The notes beneath the pieces were generated by a model, which saw nothing but the letters and a program-made list of their open reading frames with translations, ran no database searches and was not told where the DNA came from. Of a stretch of DNA of 64,000 nt, positions 35,585 through 46,015 are shown piece after piece (within the stretch, counting starts at the first letter, position 1; every line of letters starts with the position of its first letter). The DNA comes from a virus (Duplodnaviria > Caudoviricetes), in IMG/VR virus record IMGVR_UViG_3300027804_000068, positions 2,752-66,751 of that record. One strand, given 5' to 3'. A program made the translations under genes and the position numbers.

Positions 35585-36922
35585 TTATGATGCCTTTGCC
35601 TCTACATTAATGCCAAACGTATCTCTTATTAATTTTAAAGAAGTGTAAGAAGAATCACTATCAAAGTGATGACATAACTCTTTAATCATATATAGACCAC
35701 TAGTTTCAGTATCATTTTCAGTTGTTTGAGATTGAGTAATTTTTGGGAAACGACAATCAATGATATCACCTGCTCTCAAATTTGTGTTTGATGGAATAAC
35801 CATTGTTAATGTTTGGGAAAATAAAATATTATATCTCATTAAAGACTGCGATTGATATTCAGATTGATCAGAGTTAATCGACGTTGATACATCTTTTTCT
35901 AGTGTTCCAACGTCATAAACAGCAGTAATAATACGAGTTGGAACATCACCTAAAGTTTTATCAGATCCTTCGGAAAGTGGTGGTAATTTAATTTGACTGC
36001 CAAGGTTTTTAGTTTTGCCAGCATAATTTTCAAGTTTAAATAAACCCTCTTCTGGTTTGGAAAATGAGAAATCTAATGGATTAAAGAACATTCTATGACT
36101 TCCATAGGTTCCTAATTTAAGTTTTTCAACTAGATTTTGATTTTTTACAGTCATATAATTCAAAATCTTCAAATCATTATCAACTTTATTATTATTTTCA
36201 TCATAAGAAACAGTAGCCTGGCTGTAAATATATGTTTGTTTTGCTGGTTGTTTTATGAGTTCATCAATGGATCTAAACTGAAATCCGTCTTTAGTTTGAT
36301 AGAATAAAAATCCTGCAGTGGCACTACCAGAAGATTCAGGAACTGCTTTGGCAGCTAACCAAATTAGAACTGTAAAAGGTTTTCTTAAATTCCCAATAAA
36401 TCCATACTTGTTTGAAGTTTTATCAATCGCACCTATTTTAGAAGTTTTTAAAGTATCTTTTAAGATCTTTTCAACAGAATCACTTATTTTTAGACTTGTT
36501 GGATATTTTGCACCGACACGAACTGTCTCATTTGTAATTGCTTCTCTTGATACTAAATGAAGTGTAAAACTTTCTTGGTTTGTTTCAGAAATAACATCCG
36601 TAATGCTAGAGACATAAAAATAATCTTCTACTTTTTTAGAAAAATCTAATCCAGGATTTTTTTCAGAATTTCCTGCGATCTTCATTGAAACTCTTTCACC
36701 ACCACGAAGAGGAAGACCATTGTAAATGGATTGTGCTTCAGATCCTCCTTCAGGTACAATTGTATTACCAGTATTAACGACTTTTACTTTTGCTGTAATT
36801 GTAGGTGAAAATAAATCCTCATAATAATCAATAGAAATCACACCTGTGGTGATATCAATTGATCTTTTACGATCATTGGATTCTAAAACAAACTCTTCAT
36901 ATATGGACTTTTTAGTTGACAT
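35585..36922 (-). CDS. putative baseplate hub protein (gp27-like)
   Basis: position before g5; IDYYEDLFSP, FLFYQTKDGFQFRSID, GLYMIKELCH. Confidence 0.6.
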   Translation of the reverse strand: MSTKKSIYEEFVLESNDRKRSIDITTGVISIDYYEDLFSPTITAKVKVVNTGNTIVPEGGSEAQSIYNGLPLRGGERVSMKIAGNSEKNPGLDFSKKVEDYFYVSSITDVISETNQESFTLHLVSREAITNETVRVGAKYPTSLKISDSVEKILKDTLKTSKIGAIDKTSNKYGFIGNLRKPFTVLIWLAAKAVPESSGSATAGFLFYQTKDGFQFRSIDELIKQPAKQTYIYSQATVSYDENNNKVDNDLKILNYMTVKNQNLVEKLKLGTYGSHRMFFNPLDFSFSKPEEGLFKLENYAGKTKNLGSQIKLPPLSEGSDKTLGDVPTRIITAVYDVGTLEKDVSTSINSDQSEYQSQSLMRYNILFSQTLTMVIPSNTNLRAGDIIDCRFPKITQSQTTENDTETSGLYMIKELCHHFDSDSSYTSLKLIRDTFGINVEAKAS

Positions 36923-38718
36923 TATAGATACGCTAAATCTAGCAGAAGTTTATTCTTGATAAAGTTATTTAACAACGCAGACTCGGGAACTTGTTGAGGT
37001 GTTCTTCCAACGTTTTGATTAGATTGAGGTGGAGTAGTATCTGGAAATGATTGTTCAGCAAGATTAACAAGTAAATCCATTCCAGAAATGCTTGGTGTAA
37101 GTGATGAAGGTGCTTGTTGAGAAGCTGAAGCAATTTGTGCTGGTGGTTGTGGTGCTACAGATGATCCGCCAAGTTGTGAACCAGAAAATCCACCAGCGAT
37201 CAAATCTGCTCTAAGTCTAGAACTTAAAGCAGTTTCTCCTCTAGCATCATCAGATACACCTTTTCTAGATTGATTAGGATAAAAAGGAATATCAAATGCT
37301 TGATTTGAATAGTGGTAAGATCCTGAAGCATGTCTACCAGTGTTTATTGATCCTATTGTCCATCCTTTACCCTGCAACCATTTAATTGCAGCATCTCTTG
37401 TCACTTGACTATCAAATGCAACGTGATCGTGATAATTTCCTGCGGCATGATCTGCCCTATATCTTTTATGTGTTCGATCTCCAGTAAGATATTCAACGAT
37501 CTTTCCACCTTTTCCAGATAAAGCAGATGGTTGTGAGGCAATAGAGATATTGTCAGAAATACCAAATTCCTTTTTCTTCCTTTCAATTCTTCCACCCATT
37601 TCAGCGACAGTTATTCTTCCATCTCGATTAGTATCAAGAGGTGCATTTGAAGAATATTCTCTAGAAGGTGAACTATAAAGAACTTTATTAGGATCACCAG
37701 ATGCATATGCTGGAGCAAACACAGTCGAATATAATTGTCCAGCTCCTGCTCCCTTTTTTAAATTCCAATTTTCAAAATACTTATCAACATACTTCATCTG
37801 CTCAGCTCTACTCATTCTCTTTAATGCTGCTTGAGTAGTTCCAACAGATTTTGCACTAGCGGCACTAAATTGAATTAATCCAACATGAGTTCCATTATCA
37901 GCTGCGGGATTAAATCCACTTTCGGCAGCAATTACTCCTAACAAATCTCCTTCTTTGATTCCATATTTTTGAGATACTCTTTTAACTTCTGCTAAAAATG
38001 CCGCATCATTGCCAATTCTTTTTTGAGCCACTCCAGACAGTCCTGCCGTTGCATATACTCCAGGTCCTTGTTCTTCATAAGCATCTGGAGGTGGTTGTTC
38101 AGGTTGTTGCGAAAAGGGTGTAGTAACCAAACTAAAAGCTTCTTGAATTTGATTACTCATACTTCCAACAGTGCCGTTCAACTCATCCATAGCTTTTCTA
38201 ACACGTTTTGATGTATCAAAGAAATCAAAGGATGCAATATTTTGTGCAACAGATCCAAGAATATTCCAAGTTCCAGTAAATATATTGATCATATTTTTTA
38301 GAAATCCACCAGCAATTTCTCCTGCCCTTTGAACTCTACCAATAAATTCCTTACCCCAAGCAATCCACTGTGGTAAATTTTTCATTAACCATCCAGCAGT
38401 AAGATAACCAAGAAATCCCAATAGTCTCCCAAAAAGTCCTTTTGAAGTGTCTGCCTGAGCTAATTGTCCTGCACCTCCTTTCGTAACTATATCAGGAGAC
38501 TCCAATTCATCTTCCAATTGTTTCCTTCTCTCATATTCAACTCTTCTATCTCTAATCATCTTTGTTTGAGCAAAAGCGTCTCTTTTTACTTTTGTATTTC
38601 TAAAAACTAATTGAGTAACATTTCTAATTGATTTTCCAGCATCTGTAAGTCCCTTACCAATTTGGCGAGAAACTCCTGTTATTCTTTGTGTATTAATTGC
38701 TGGGGATATGACTGCCAT
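36922..38718 (-). CDS. tail/baseplate hub protein with SLT-like lysozyme and M15-like peptidase domains
   Basis: IAAESGFNP...VGLIQF; YHDHVAF...GSYHYSNQAFD. Confidence 0.7.
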   Translation of the reverse strand: MAVISPAINTQRITGVSRQIGKGLTDAGKSIRNVTQLVFRNTKVKRDAFAQTKMIRDRRVEYERRKQLEDELESPDIVTKGGAGQLAQADTSKGLFGRLLGFLGYLTAGWLMKNLPQWIAWGKEFIGRVQRAGEIAGGFLKNMINIFTGTWNILGSVAQNIASFDFFDTSKRVRKAMDELNGTVGSMSNQIQEAFSLVTTPFSQQPEQPPPDAYEEQGPGVYATAGLSGVAQKRIGNDAAFLAEVKRVSQKYGIKEGDLLGVIAAESGFNPAADNGTHVGLIQFSAASAKSVGTTQAALKRMSRAEQMKYVDKYFENWNLKKGAGAGQLYSTVFAPAYASGDPNKVLYSSPSREYSSNAPLDTNRDGRITVAEMGGRIERKKKEFGISDNISIASQPSALSGKGGKIVEYLTGDRTHKRYRADHAAGNYHDHVAFDSQVTRDAAIKWLQGKGWTIGSINTGRHASGSYHYSNQAFDIPFYPNQSRKGVSDDARGETALSSRLRADLIAGGFSGSQLGGSSVAPQPPAQIASASQQAPSSLTPSISGMDLLVNLAEQSFPDTTPPQSNQNVGRTPQQVPESALLNNFIKNKLLLDLAYL

Positions 38719-38722
38719 TTTC

Positions 38723-40309
38723 TTACATTACTACATTGTAGTTTAATTGGGAATATAAAACATAAAAATTGTCAGTGTTTCCAGGAGAGATTAGTGGAAC
38801 ATCACTAATTGGACCTGAAGAAGCAGAAGATTGTGGTGTAGGTGCTTTTGACTGTCCACCAGTCAAAATAATATTTGGTTTTGCTTCAGGTAAAGTTCCG
38901 ATTGGTGTTTGTTCTTTTGGTGGTGCCTGAATATTTGCAGTGCTAGGAGGAGTTGCTTGCATTCCAGCCTGCTGATAAGACTCTAAATTAGGTGTTCCAG
39001 GAGAAGCAGATTGTAATAAACTTTGCGATGATACAGAGAATGTATTATTTTGATCAACATTAAATTGCATTGGCACTGTTGATATTGCAGGAGTCTGTGG
39101 TTGAACTACTGCTGGTGCGGGAGTTGTTGCTGCTGGCGCTGCAGCAGGCGGCGCTGGTGTTGGTGTTGGTTTACCAGATACTGCAGTAGGTGTTTGTGGT
39201 TTATCTTTTTGAGTCATTCTATAACCTTCCAATCCAAGTCTTGCGATCGCTGCTGGAGTCCCAACAAAAGGAAGCATCGATGTTGCACTTAAGGCTGCTC
39301 CACCATAATCACCCCGACTAAGATCATATGCTGTTCCAAGACCTCCAGCGACTATATTAAAACCAGGTATAAGCCTACCACCGCCTTTAAGAAAATTTCC
39401 TGCTCCTCGAAGTAATCCACCACCTCTTCCAATATTAGACATTCTCGTCATTAAATTTACATCACCAGTGATAAGAGGTCTTGCACCTGCTCCCGCTCTT
39501 GCAGCATTTGCAGCCGCTGATCCTGCTCTTGCTCCACCCCCAAATATTCTAGCCAATGCACCACCGGCAGCTCTAAATGGAGCTAAAACAATTCTTGCTG
39601 CCATTCCTGCTATTCTTAAGGTTAATCCCGTAATCGTTCTCATTAAGAGACCAAATCCAAGATTAATTGCTGCAAATGCTCCTAAAGAAAATAGAAGGTT
39701 TTTAATAAGTGAATTTTTAATTTCTTCTAGTCTTTTAGTATTACCAGAAGTATATGCCTTTAAAGTTTCAATTCCTTGATTTGTTAACCACCCAAAGAAT
39801 AAAGTTGTCATCGCACCCATGATGCGTTCAAATAATCCACCAATTTTTTGTTGAAGATTTATAATTGGTTTGGCAAGGGCACCCGCAATTCTTCTCTCAA
39901 GTAAATTTTCTCTTCCCTCTCTTATTTTTCTTTCATTTAATTTTCTTTCTGCTTCTTGCTGATCCTTAATATTTTTTTGCTCTATCGCACTTTCACCTTG
40001 AATACTTTTTAATAAATTATTAATATTAGTACCAAGATCTCGAACATTTACGCGAACGACATCCAGTATTGGTTGAATAGCACTTACAGATTGTTGAGTT
40101 TGTTGAATCTGTAAATTTTGTGCTCTATCAACCAAATTGGTTTGAGGTCTTACAACTATAGCTCCGCCACGCTCTGTCGCTCCACCACCACCGCCACCAA
40201 ATCCAGATACTCTCGTACTTCTAAATATTGCCTTTCTTCTTTCCGACGACAAATAAGATCCCGTGGTAGGATCAACCCCAGTTTGTGCTATTGTAAAGGG
40301 ATCAGCCAT
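38723..40309 (-). CDS. tape-measure/baseplate hub-like protein
   Basis: Ala/Gly-rich helical region, Pro/Gln-rich tail; position after g51. Confidence 0.6.
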   Translation of the reverse strand: MADPFTIAQTGVDPTTGSYLSSERRKAIFRSTRVSGFGGGGGGATERGGAIVVRPQTNLVDRAQNLQIQQTQQSVSAIQPILDVVRVNVRDLGTNINNLLKSIQGESAIEQKNIKDQQEAERKLNERKIREGRENLLERRIAGALAKPIINLQQKIGGLFERIMGAMTTLFFGWLTNQGIETLKAYTSGNTKRLEEIKNSLIKNLLFSLGAFAAINLGFGLLMRTITGLTLRIAGMAARIVLAPFRAAGGALARIFGGGARAGSAAANAARAGAGARPLITGDVNLMTRMSNIGRGGGLLRGAGNFLKGGGRLIPGFNIVAGGLGTAYDLSRGDYGGAALSATSMLPFVGTPAAIARLGLEGYRMTQKDKPQTPTAVSGKPTPTPAPPAAAPAATTPAPAVVQPQTPAISTVPMQFNVDQNNTFSVSSQSLLQSASPGTPNLESYQQAGMQATPPSTANIQAPPKEQTPIGTLPEAKPNIILTGGQSKAPTPQSSASSGPISDVPLISPGNTDNFYVLYSQLNYNVVM

Positions 40310-40475
40310 TCGATTGGTTCTTTAGATTTTCTTCTTCGATATATTGTTGGAGAAGAGTAATATAAACTTCCCTTTCCCAAGGAATCATATTTTCCAACTC
40401 TGTCAATGAATATTTATGGTGCTGAATGAGAGCAAAGTTAGTTTTGTAGTATGACGCAAGATCTTCATGCGCCAT
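40302..40475 (-). CDS. g51: baseplate hub assembly catalyst gp51
   Basis: manual translation ...YYKTNFALIQHHKYSLTELENMIPWEREVYITLL... Confidence 0.85.
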   Translation of the reverse strand: MAHEDLASYYKTNFALIQHHKYSLTELENMIPWEREVYITLLQQYIEEENLKNQSNG

Positions 40476-40477
40476 TG

Positions 40478-41197
40478 CTAGGCGAAAAAACTTGTTAGTC
40501 CCTCCAGAACAACTTCACTTTCTACTCCAGTATTTGGGTTTTTAACCGTAAGTACATGAGAAAGTTTAGGCATCGTTTCAAAGAATTTTTCAATTTCTTT
40601 AAATTGATGGGATGTTAGTTGCTCAAGAAAATCTTTCAACTCTTTTTTTGTCGAGTCAGATGCTGCCCACGATTCTTCTTCACTATAAATTTGTTCGATA
40701 CAAGAACAAATCATATCAAAAGTATCATCAACAGAAATTTCACTACCAGCAGTAAAATTATTTTTAATAAACTCCTGCATTGATGGATATCTCATTCTCA
40801 AAGTTAAAGTATCATCAAGTTTAATATCTCTAGAGTGATCTTCTCTAAAATTTACTTTGATTTCATCAAGATTAACGCTCATTGGAACTTGCGTCTTCTC
40901 ATCATCTGGACATGTAATTAAAATATCGACATTTTCTCCAACTGATTTACCACGAATATTCAAAAACAAATACTCAATATCAAACGTCGCTAAATCATCA
41001 ACTTTAATACCACGTGTAATAATACAATTTGTAATTACTGTTTTAACTGCTTCAGCAATTTGCTTTGGATCCTCGCTCTCCATCGCAAGAATCAGAATTT
41101 TTTCTTCTTTAACTAAAAATGGGCGATACTTAACGACTTTTTTTAATGAAGGGACTTCCAACTCATATGTTGGAGTAGAAATTTTTGGTAAAGGCAT
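40478..41197 (-). CDS. g26: baseplate hub subunit gp26
   Basis: MPLPKISTPTYEL...YRPFLVKEEKILILA...FLNIRGKSVGE. Confidence 0.9.
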   Translation of the reverse strand: MPLPKISTPTYELEVPSLKKVVKYRPFLVKEEKILILAMESEDPKQIAEAVKTVITNCIITRGIKVDDLATFDIEYLFLNIRGKSVGENVDILITCPDDEKTQVPMSVNLDEIKVNFREDHSRDIKLDDTLTLRMRYPSMQEFIKNNFTAGSEISVDDTFDMICSCIEQIYSEEESWAASDSTKKELKDFLEQLTSHQFKEIEKFFETMPKLSHVLTVKNPNTGVESEVVLEGLTSFFA

Positions 41198-41226
41198 AAT
41201 GACCTATAGAACTTCAGTAAAATTAT

Positions 41227-42051
41227 TTAGAATAGAGATTCGGAGTTTGCTTGAGAACCTAATGGATTTTGAGACAATGAAGTTGCCGACGCTTGTAATT
41301 CGGTAGTATTATTTACCCCAAATTTAGCATTTTGGAAAACATCATCTGCAGATGAAATATTTTGTTGATCTGTTTGACTTTGAGTAGGATTTTGATTATT
41401 GCTATCACCAAGGACTGACTGACTAAATGTGCTTGTTTTTCCTGCAATATAACGATCATAAGAAAATGTTGTCGATACTTTTAATGTATCAGAGTTTAAA
41501 TAACTGACTTGCAGAGAACCAATATTTTTTGGATAAAATCCACGAAAATTATATTCAATTTCTTTTTGATAATCTCGATCAAATTTGACAATTTTAACAG
41601 CATTTGCTTTGTAATTATCAGGGTATTGCATCCTGATAAAATAACCTTCCTGATTTTGATTGATAACTGGGGTATTGCTTGGATCATCATGAACAAACGA
41701 TCCACTTGCAATATATTCCATCCAAGTTTCTAAAAACAAAAGCATTTTATAGTTTTTATCAACGTAAAATTCGAGTGTTATATCATCATATTGTCTCGTA
41801 TGGACAAATTTTTCTCGAATGCCCATGAAGTTTGAAATTTCATTTGAAGCTAAATTAGTTGTTGGTAAAGATGCACTATAACAAAGAAGTCCTGCATTAT
41901 TGTATATAAAACTACTATCAATACCTTTTTTTAAAAGATAACCGCTTAATTTATCTGGAAGCGAACCAAACTGAACTTCATAATGAGAAGTTTGCGCTAG
42001 ATTTGTTAAGATTGGTTTGATATCCGATATTCTACGGGGACTTACTGCCAC
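41227..42051 (-). CDS. tail tube-family protein (gp54/gp19-like baseplate tube initiator)
   Basis: position divergent from g4; LPTTNLA...RQYDDITLEF; GTG start. Confidence 0.65.
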   Translation of the reverse strand: MAVSPRRISDIKPILTNLAQTSHYEVQFGSLPDKLSGYLLKKGIDSSFIYNNAGLLCYSASLPTTNLASNEISNFMGIREKFVHTRQYDDITLEFYVDKNYKMLLFLETWMEYIASGSFVHDDPSNTPVINQNQEGYFIRMQYPDNYKANAVKIVKFDRDYQKEIEYNFRGFYPKNIGSLQVSYLNSDTLKVSTTFSYDRYIAGKTSTFSQSVLGDSNNQNPTQSQTDQQNISSADDVFQNAKFGVNNTTELQASATSLSQNPLGSQANSESLF

Positions 42052-42092
42052 TCTAAATACCTTATATGAGTCTTATAGTATAAGTATTTAGA
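42052..42092. promoter_or_regulatory. symmetric bidirectional late promoter
   Basis: IR TCTAAATAC(C)TTATA...TATAAGTATTTAGA giving CTAAATA on both strands between divergent genes. Confidence 0.65.
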
Positions 42093-42529
42093 TGTCTTAT
42101 AAAGGAAAATATAAACCATCATACCCAAAAAAGTATAAAGGAGATCCAACAAATATCATTTATAGATCACTTTGGGAACGTAGATTTATGGTCTATTGTG
42201 ATACAAATGAAAGAATATTAGAATGGGGGAGTGAAGAAGTATTTGTTTGGTATAAATCACCCATTGATGGCAAAGCACATAGATATTTTCCTGACTTTTA
42301 CATCAAAGTTCAAGAAGCGACTGGTTCAATTAAAAAATATCTAATTGAAATTAAACCACAAAGACAAACAGTTCCTCCAACAAAACCTCAAAGACAGACA
42401 AAAAAATATATTAGTGAAGTTTATGAATATGCCAAAAATCAATCAAAATGGGAGGCAGCAAGAGAATGGTGCGCTGATCGTGGATATGAGTTTAAAGTCA
42501 TCACAGAAAACGAACTCGGTATCAAATAA
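42092..42529 (+). CDS. g4: head completion nuclease gp4
   Basis: YKGKYKP..P.KYKGDPTNIIYRSLWE...HRYFPDF...IEIKP. Confidence 0.92.
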   Translation: MSYKGKYKPSYPKKYKGDPTNIIYRSLWERRFMVYCDTNERILEWGSEEVFVWYKSPIDGKAHRYFPDFYIKVQEATGSIKKYLIEIKPQRQTVPPTKPQRQTKKYISEVYEYAKNQSKWEAAREWCADRGYEFKVITENELGIK

Positions 42530-42909
42530 TGCCAAGAAAGACACTCCAACAAAGAAGTAAAGATTATAATCGTATTTCCAATCTCGTAAAGAATTTAATT
42601 GGAATAGAAAGTGCCGATGATCTAATGATTGAATTGATGAATATTATCCCAGAAACCAAATCCCCCCCAGTCGCTGGTAAGTTTTATATTTTTGTTTATA
42701 ATGCCAAAACTCCAAATATGAGATATGATCAAAATCCCCTTGTAGCAGTAACAGACGTTTATAAGTGGGGATTTAAAGGTTTAAATTATCATTGGGGAGA
42801 GGTTAGACAATATACTTGGGACGAAGTAGCAGGGGGAATGTATGAAGTTTATAAAAATGAAATTGAAGATCTAAGAAGATTGCCTTTTGGGAATATTAGA
42901 ACTAAATAA
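42529..42909 (+). CDS. conserved hypothetical protein (possibly gp2 DNA end-protector-like)
   Basis: KFYIFVYNAKT...YDQNPLV...GLNYHW. Confidence 0.6.
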   Translation: MPRKTLQQRSKDYNRISNLVKNLIGIESADDLMIELMNIIPETKSPPVAGKFYIFVYNAKTPNMRYDQNPLVAVTDVYKWGFKGLNYHWGEVRQYTWDEVAGGMYEVYKNEIEDLRRLPFGNIRTK

Positions 42910-42922
42910 TTAGAAAACGTAA

Positions 42923-43828
42923 ATGGCAGATACGCTAAGATATCCGTTAAAAATGCTACTTGATAATCAAGATTATTTGAAAATAACTTGTGTAAAATAT
43001 CAAGCACCTGGGATTAACATTAATTATGGCACCGATGGTAATTTTAATTTACCAAGTTCAGACGATACCTATAGCTCTATAAATCCACAGTCAATAGAAG
43101 GAACGATTATTTTACCAATTCCAGATAATCTTCCACCAACTGTCAGTAGCACTAATTGGGAAGCGAGTACTTTTGGACCTTTAGAAGCAGGACTTGCAAG
43201 AGTAGGAGAAGCGACTGTTGCAGGAAGCCCAATTCAAGGACTTGCAGAAGCGGTCACGCAATTAAATAATCTTGCAAATGCTGCACAAACTGGAATAGGA
43301 CAAAAAGCAGTTCAAACTGCTTTTATATCTAAAGCCATACAGCAAGTAACCGGACAAAATCAAGGTGTAAATCTCTTAGGAAGACAAACTGGTGCCGTTT
43401 TTAATGAAAACACCGAACTCTTGTTTAGAGGTGTAAAAATGCGTGGAGCATTCCAATTTGCATTTGAAATGACACCAAGATCTCAACAAGAAGGAGAACA
43501 AATTAAAAAAATAGTTCGTTTCTTTAAAAAACAAATGTCTGCAAAGAAAGGAGCAAGTAGCGGAGCTGCTGCAGGTTTATTTCTAAAGGCACCAAATGTT
43601 TTTAAGATTGAATATATGAGTGGTGCAAAAGCTCACCCATATTTAAACAGATTTAAAATTTGTGCTCTTACAGATTTAAGTTTTACATTTAATGGATCTA
43701 ATACCTATGCAACATATGCTGATGGAACACCAGTTCATATGCAATTAGGATTATCATTCCAAGAACTTACACCAATTTATGATACAGACTACGACAAAAC
43801 AGATGGTTTAGGAGGAGTTGGATACTAA
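42923..43828 (+). CDS. g48: baseplate tail tube cap gp48
   Basis: NENTELLF.G...R.FQFAFEMTPRS..E...FLKAPNVFKI...CAL...TPVH. Confidence 0.85.
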   Translation: MADTLRYPLKMLLDNQDYLKITCVKYQAPGININYGTDGNFNLPSSDDTYSSINPQSIEGTIILPIPDNLPPTVSSTNWEASTFGPLEAGLARVGEATVAGSPIQGLAEAVTQLNNLANAAQTGIGQKAVQTAFISKAIQQVTGQNQGVNLLGRQTGAVFNENTELLFRGVKMRGAFQFAFEMTPRSQQEGEQIKKIVRFFKKQMSAKKGASSGAAAGLFLKAPNVFKIEYMSGAKAHPYLNRFKICALTDLSFTFNGSNTYATYADGTPVHMQLGLSFQELTPIYDTDYDKTDGLGGVGY

Positions 43829-44514
43829 TGACTTACTTTAGAGAACTTCCAAATATAGAGTATCAATCATTTTTATCAGATGTAAAATCATCCGATCAAT
43901 ATCTCGTAGCTAAAAATCTTTTCCGTAGAGTTAAACTTCGTGATGATTTGCAAAATATGTTTACTGTTTTTGACAAATATCAAATTCCAGATGGTTCTAG
44001 ACCAGAACTTGTTGCAGAAGAACTTTATGGAAGTGTTCAATATGATTGGGTAGTTCTAGTATCCGCAGGTATTACTAGAATTAGAGATCAGTGGCCACTT
44101 TCTGACAAACAAGTTTATGATTACTCCGAAGAAGTTTATGGAGATAAAATCAATGCAGTACACCATTATGAAACAACAGAAGTCAAAGATTCTCAGAATC
44201 GTTTAATTCTTCCAGCAGGACGGATTGTAGATGAAGACTTTAAAATTTCATATTATGATAATGGAAGTCTTTATACAAATGAGTCAACTTTAGGAACAAA
44301 TATCATTAACATTGCAAATCCAGTTATTGGGGTTTCTAACTATGAGTATGAAGTTCTTAAAAATAATGAAAAAAGAGGAATATACGTCCTCAAACCAATT
44401 TATTTACAGCAAGTGTTGAATGATACAAGAAAGGCAATGACCTATGACAAATCATCACAATATGTAAATGATAAACTGATTAAAACAGAAAACACTAGTG
44501 CATTAGCGCCATAA
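43828..44514 (+). CDS. g53: baseplate wedge subunit gp53
   Basis: YFRELPNIEY...RPELVAEELYG...DWVVL...WPL...VHHYET. Confidence 0.88.
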   Translation: MTYFRELPNIEYQSFLSDVKSSDQYLVAKNLFRRVKLRDDLQNMFTVFDKYQIPDGSRPELVAEELYGSVQYDWVVLVSAGITRIRDQWPLSDKQVYDYSEEVYGDKINAVHHYETTEVKDSQNRLILPAGRIVDEDFKISYYDNGSLYTNESTLGTNIINIANPVIGVSNYEYEVLKNNEKRGIYVLKPIYLQQVLNDTRKAMTYDKSSQYVNDKLIKTENTSALAP

Positions 44515-45093
44515 GAGTTCTAGATTCTTATCAAAAATCATCACATATCGGTGCTTGCGGGAGCGGTCTTTCCATTCTCCTGCAGCACCTTTTACTTTTC
44601 CACGAGAGTGTTTAGTTCCATCTGAATAATAGAAATCTTTTTTAGGGTCTGTGAGACCTGCATATTTAAAATTACAAGCACGATAAATTGTACCAGAATG
44701 GTAATCTGAATCAGCATAAGAAATGATTGCTTTAACTTCAGTATCTTTCCGAAGTTGTCTAATCGCTCGTGACACAAACCAAGAAGTGATGTTATATTCG
44801 CATGACTGCGTGTTAGGTTCGATGCAAAGTCTTGAGAGTTCAAAGAGTCCTTGTTGTTCATTTCGTTCTAGTCCAAAAGCACCTTGAGCAATTTCAGGTA
44901 CAGGGAGTCCAGTAAAAATACAGACTCCCCGAATACCACCAATATTCAATGGGCAAAAGTCATTATTCTTATAAAGACCATAATTATACCCAGATTTAAA
45001 AGTTTTCGAAAAGTCCTTAAGATAATGAAACCGCAGAAGCAATTCTGCGGCTTCGGACTTACTTACACGATCAATGGTGTAATCAGACTTCAC
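44503..45093 (-). CDS. Mom-like (GNAT) DNA modification protein
   Basis: ELSRLC...SWFVSRAIR...IISYADSDYHSGTIYRACNF. Confidence 0.8.
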   Translation of the reverse strand: MKSDYTIDRVSKSEAAELLLRFHYLKDFSKTFKSGYNYGLYKNNDFCPLNIGGIRGVCIFTGLPVPEIAQGAFGLERNEQQGLFELSRLCIEPNTQSCEYNITSWFVSRAIRQLRKDTEVKAIISYADSDYHSGTIYRACNFKYAGLTDPKKDFYYSDGTKHSRGKVKGAAGEWKDRSRKHRYVMIFDKNLELLWR

Positions 45094-46013
45094 TCTTCGG
45101 CAAGACGGGCAAAGTAGGACAGAGCATCATCATCCTCATCTTCCTCAACCGCAGCAGCACGGCGGGTCGGTTGAAGATTGTTGAGTTCACTGCGAAGATC
45201 ATCATCCAGTTCCTTTACAGGACCACGGGTGTTGTCCTCATCCAGATCTTCAGGATCCTGGTAGCGAGGAGTGCCTTTGGTGCCAAGCACATAGTCAAGG
45301 CGCTTCTTCAGTTCATCGTAGGTCTTGAACTGGTCAGCAGCGACGAGTTCAGCAAGCGAATACTGCTTCTTCCAGATCGCTTCCATTGCATCGTCATCGT
45401 CCAGCAGAGCACTTTGAGCAGCAAACTCACTGGAGTCATAGTTACGATAACCAGCAACGTTCTTTGCCTTCAGTTTGAAGTTGGCACCTTGCCAGAAGTC
45501 AAACGGATCGATTGCTTCTTCATCCTCAAACTCGGGTTGCATTGCAGCAGTCAGTTTGTCAAAGATCTTCTTACCAAACTTATACAGGAAGACTTTACCT
45601 TCGTTGGCGGGGTTGGCAGGGTCCTTCACAACGTAAATGTTGGAGATATAAGTCAGTTTACGCTTCTGCTTACGTGCCAGTTCTTTACCAGCATCAGTGC
45701 CGTTGTTCCAGAGTTCGGAGTTCAGTTCCGACACAGGATCCTTCTGACCCAGAGTAGTCAGAGAGTTCTCAATATACCAACCACCAGGACCTTGGAATGC
45801 GTGACTGTAGAGTTTCACGAACGGAAGGTCCTCACCGTTCGGAGCAGGAAGGAAACGGATCACGGCATAACCATTGCCGCTCTTATCTACATCCAGTTTC
45901 CACAGACGGTCATCAGAAGAACCGCTGCTTGTATTCATTTTTTCAACTTCTTTAACCAGTTTGGCAGTAAGATTGCCAAGTTTAGATTGCTTCTTAAGGT
46001 CAGCAAAAGACAT
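45090..46013 (-). CDS. g32: single-stranded DNA binding protein gp32
   Basis: DKSGNGYAVIRFLPA...YIENSLTT...KFGKKIFDK...NYDSSEF; acidic C-tail. Confidence 0.97.
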   Translation of the reverse strand: MSFADLKKQSKLGNLTAKLVKEVEKMNTSSGSSDDRLWKLDVDKSGNGYAVIRFLPAPNGEDLPFVKLYSHAFQGPGGWYIENSLTTLGQKDPVSELNSELWNNGTDAGKELARKQKRKLTYISNIYVVKDPANPANEGKVFLYKFGKKIFDKLTAAMQPEFEDEEAIDPFDFWQGANFKLKAKNVAGYRNYDSSEFAAQSALLDDDDAMEAIWKKQYSLAELVAADQFKTYDELKKRLDYVLGTKGTPRYQDPEDLDEDNTRGPVKELDDDLRSELNNLQPTRRAAAVEEDEDDDALSYFARLAEE

Positions 46014-46015
46014 TT

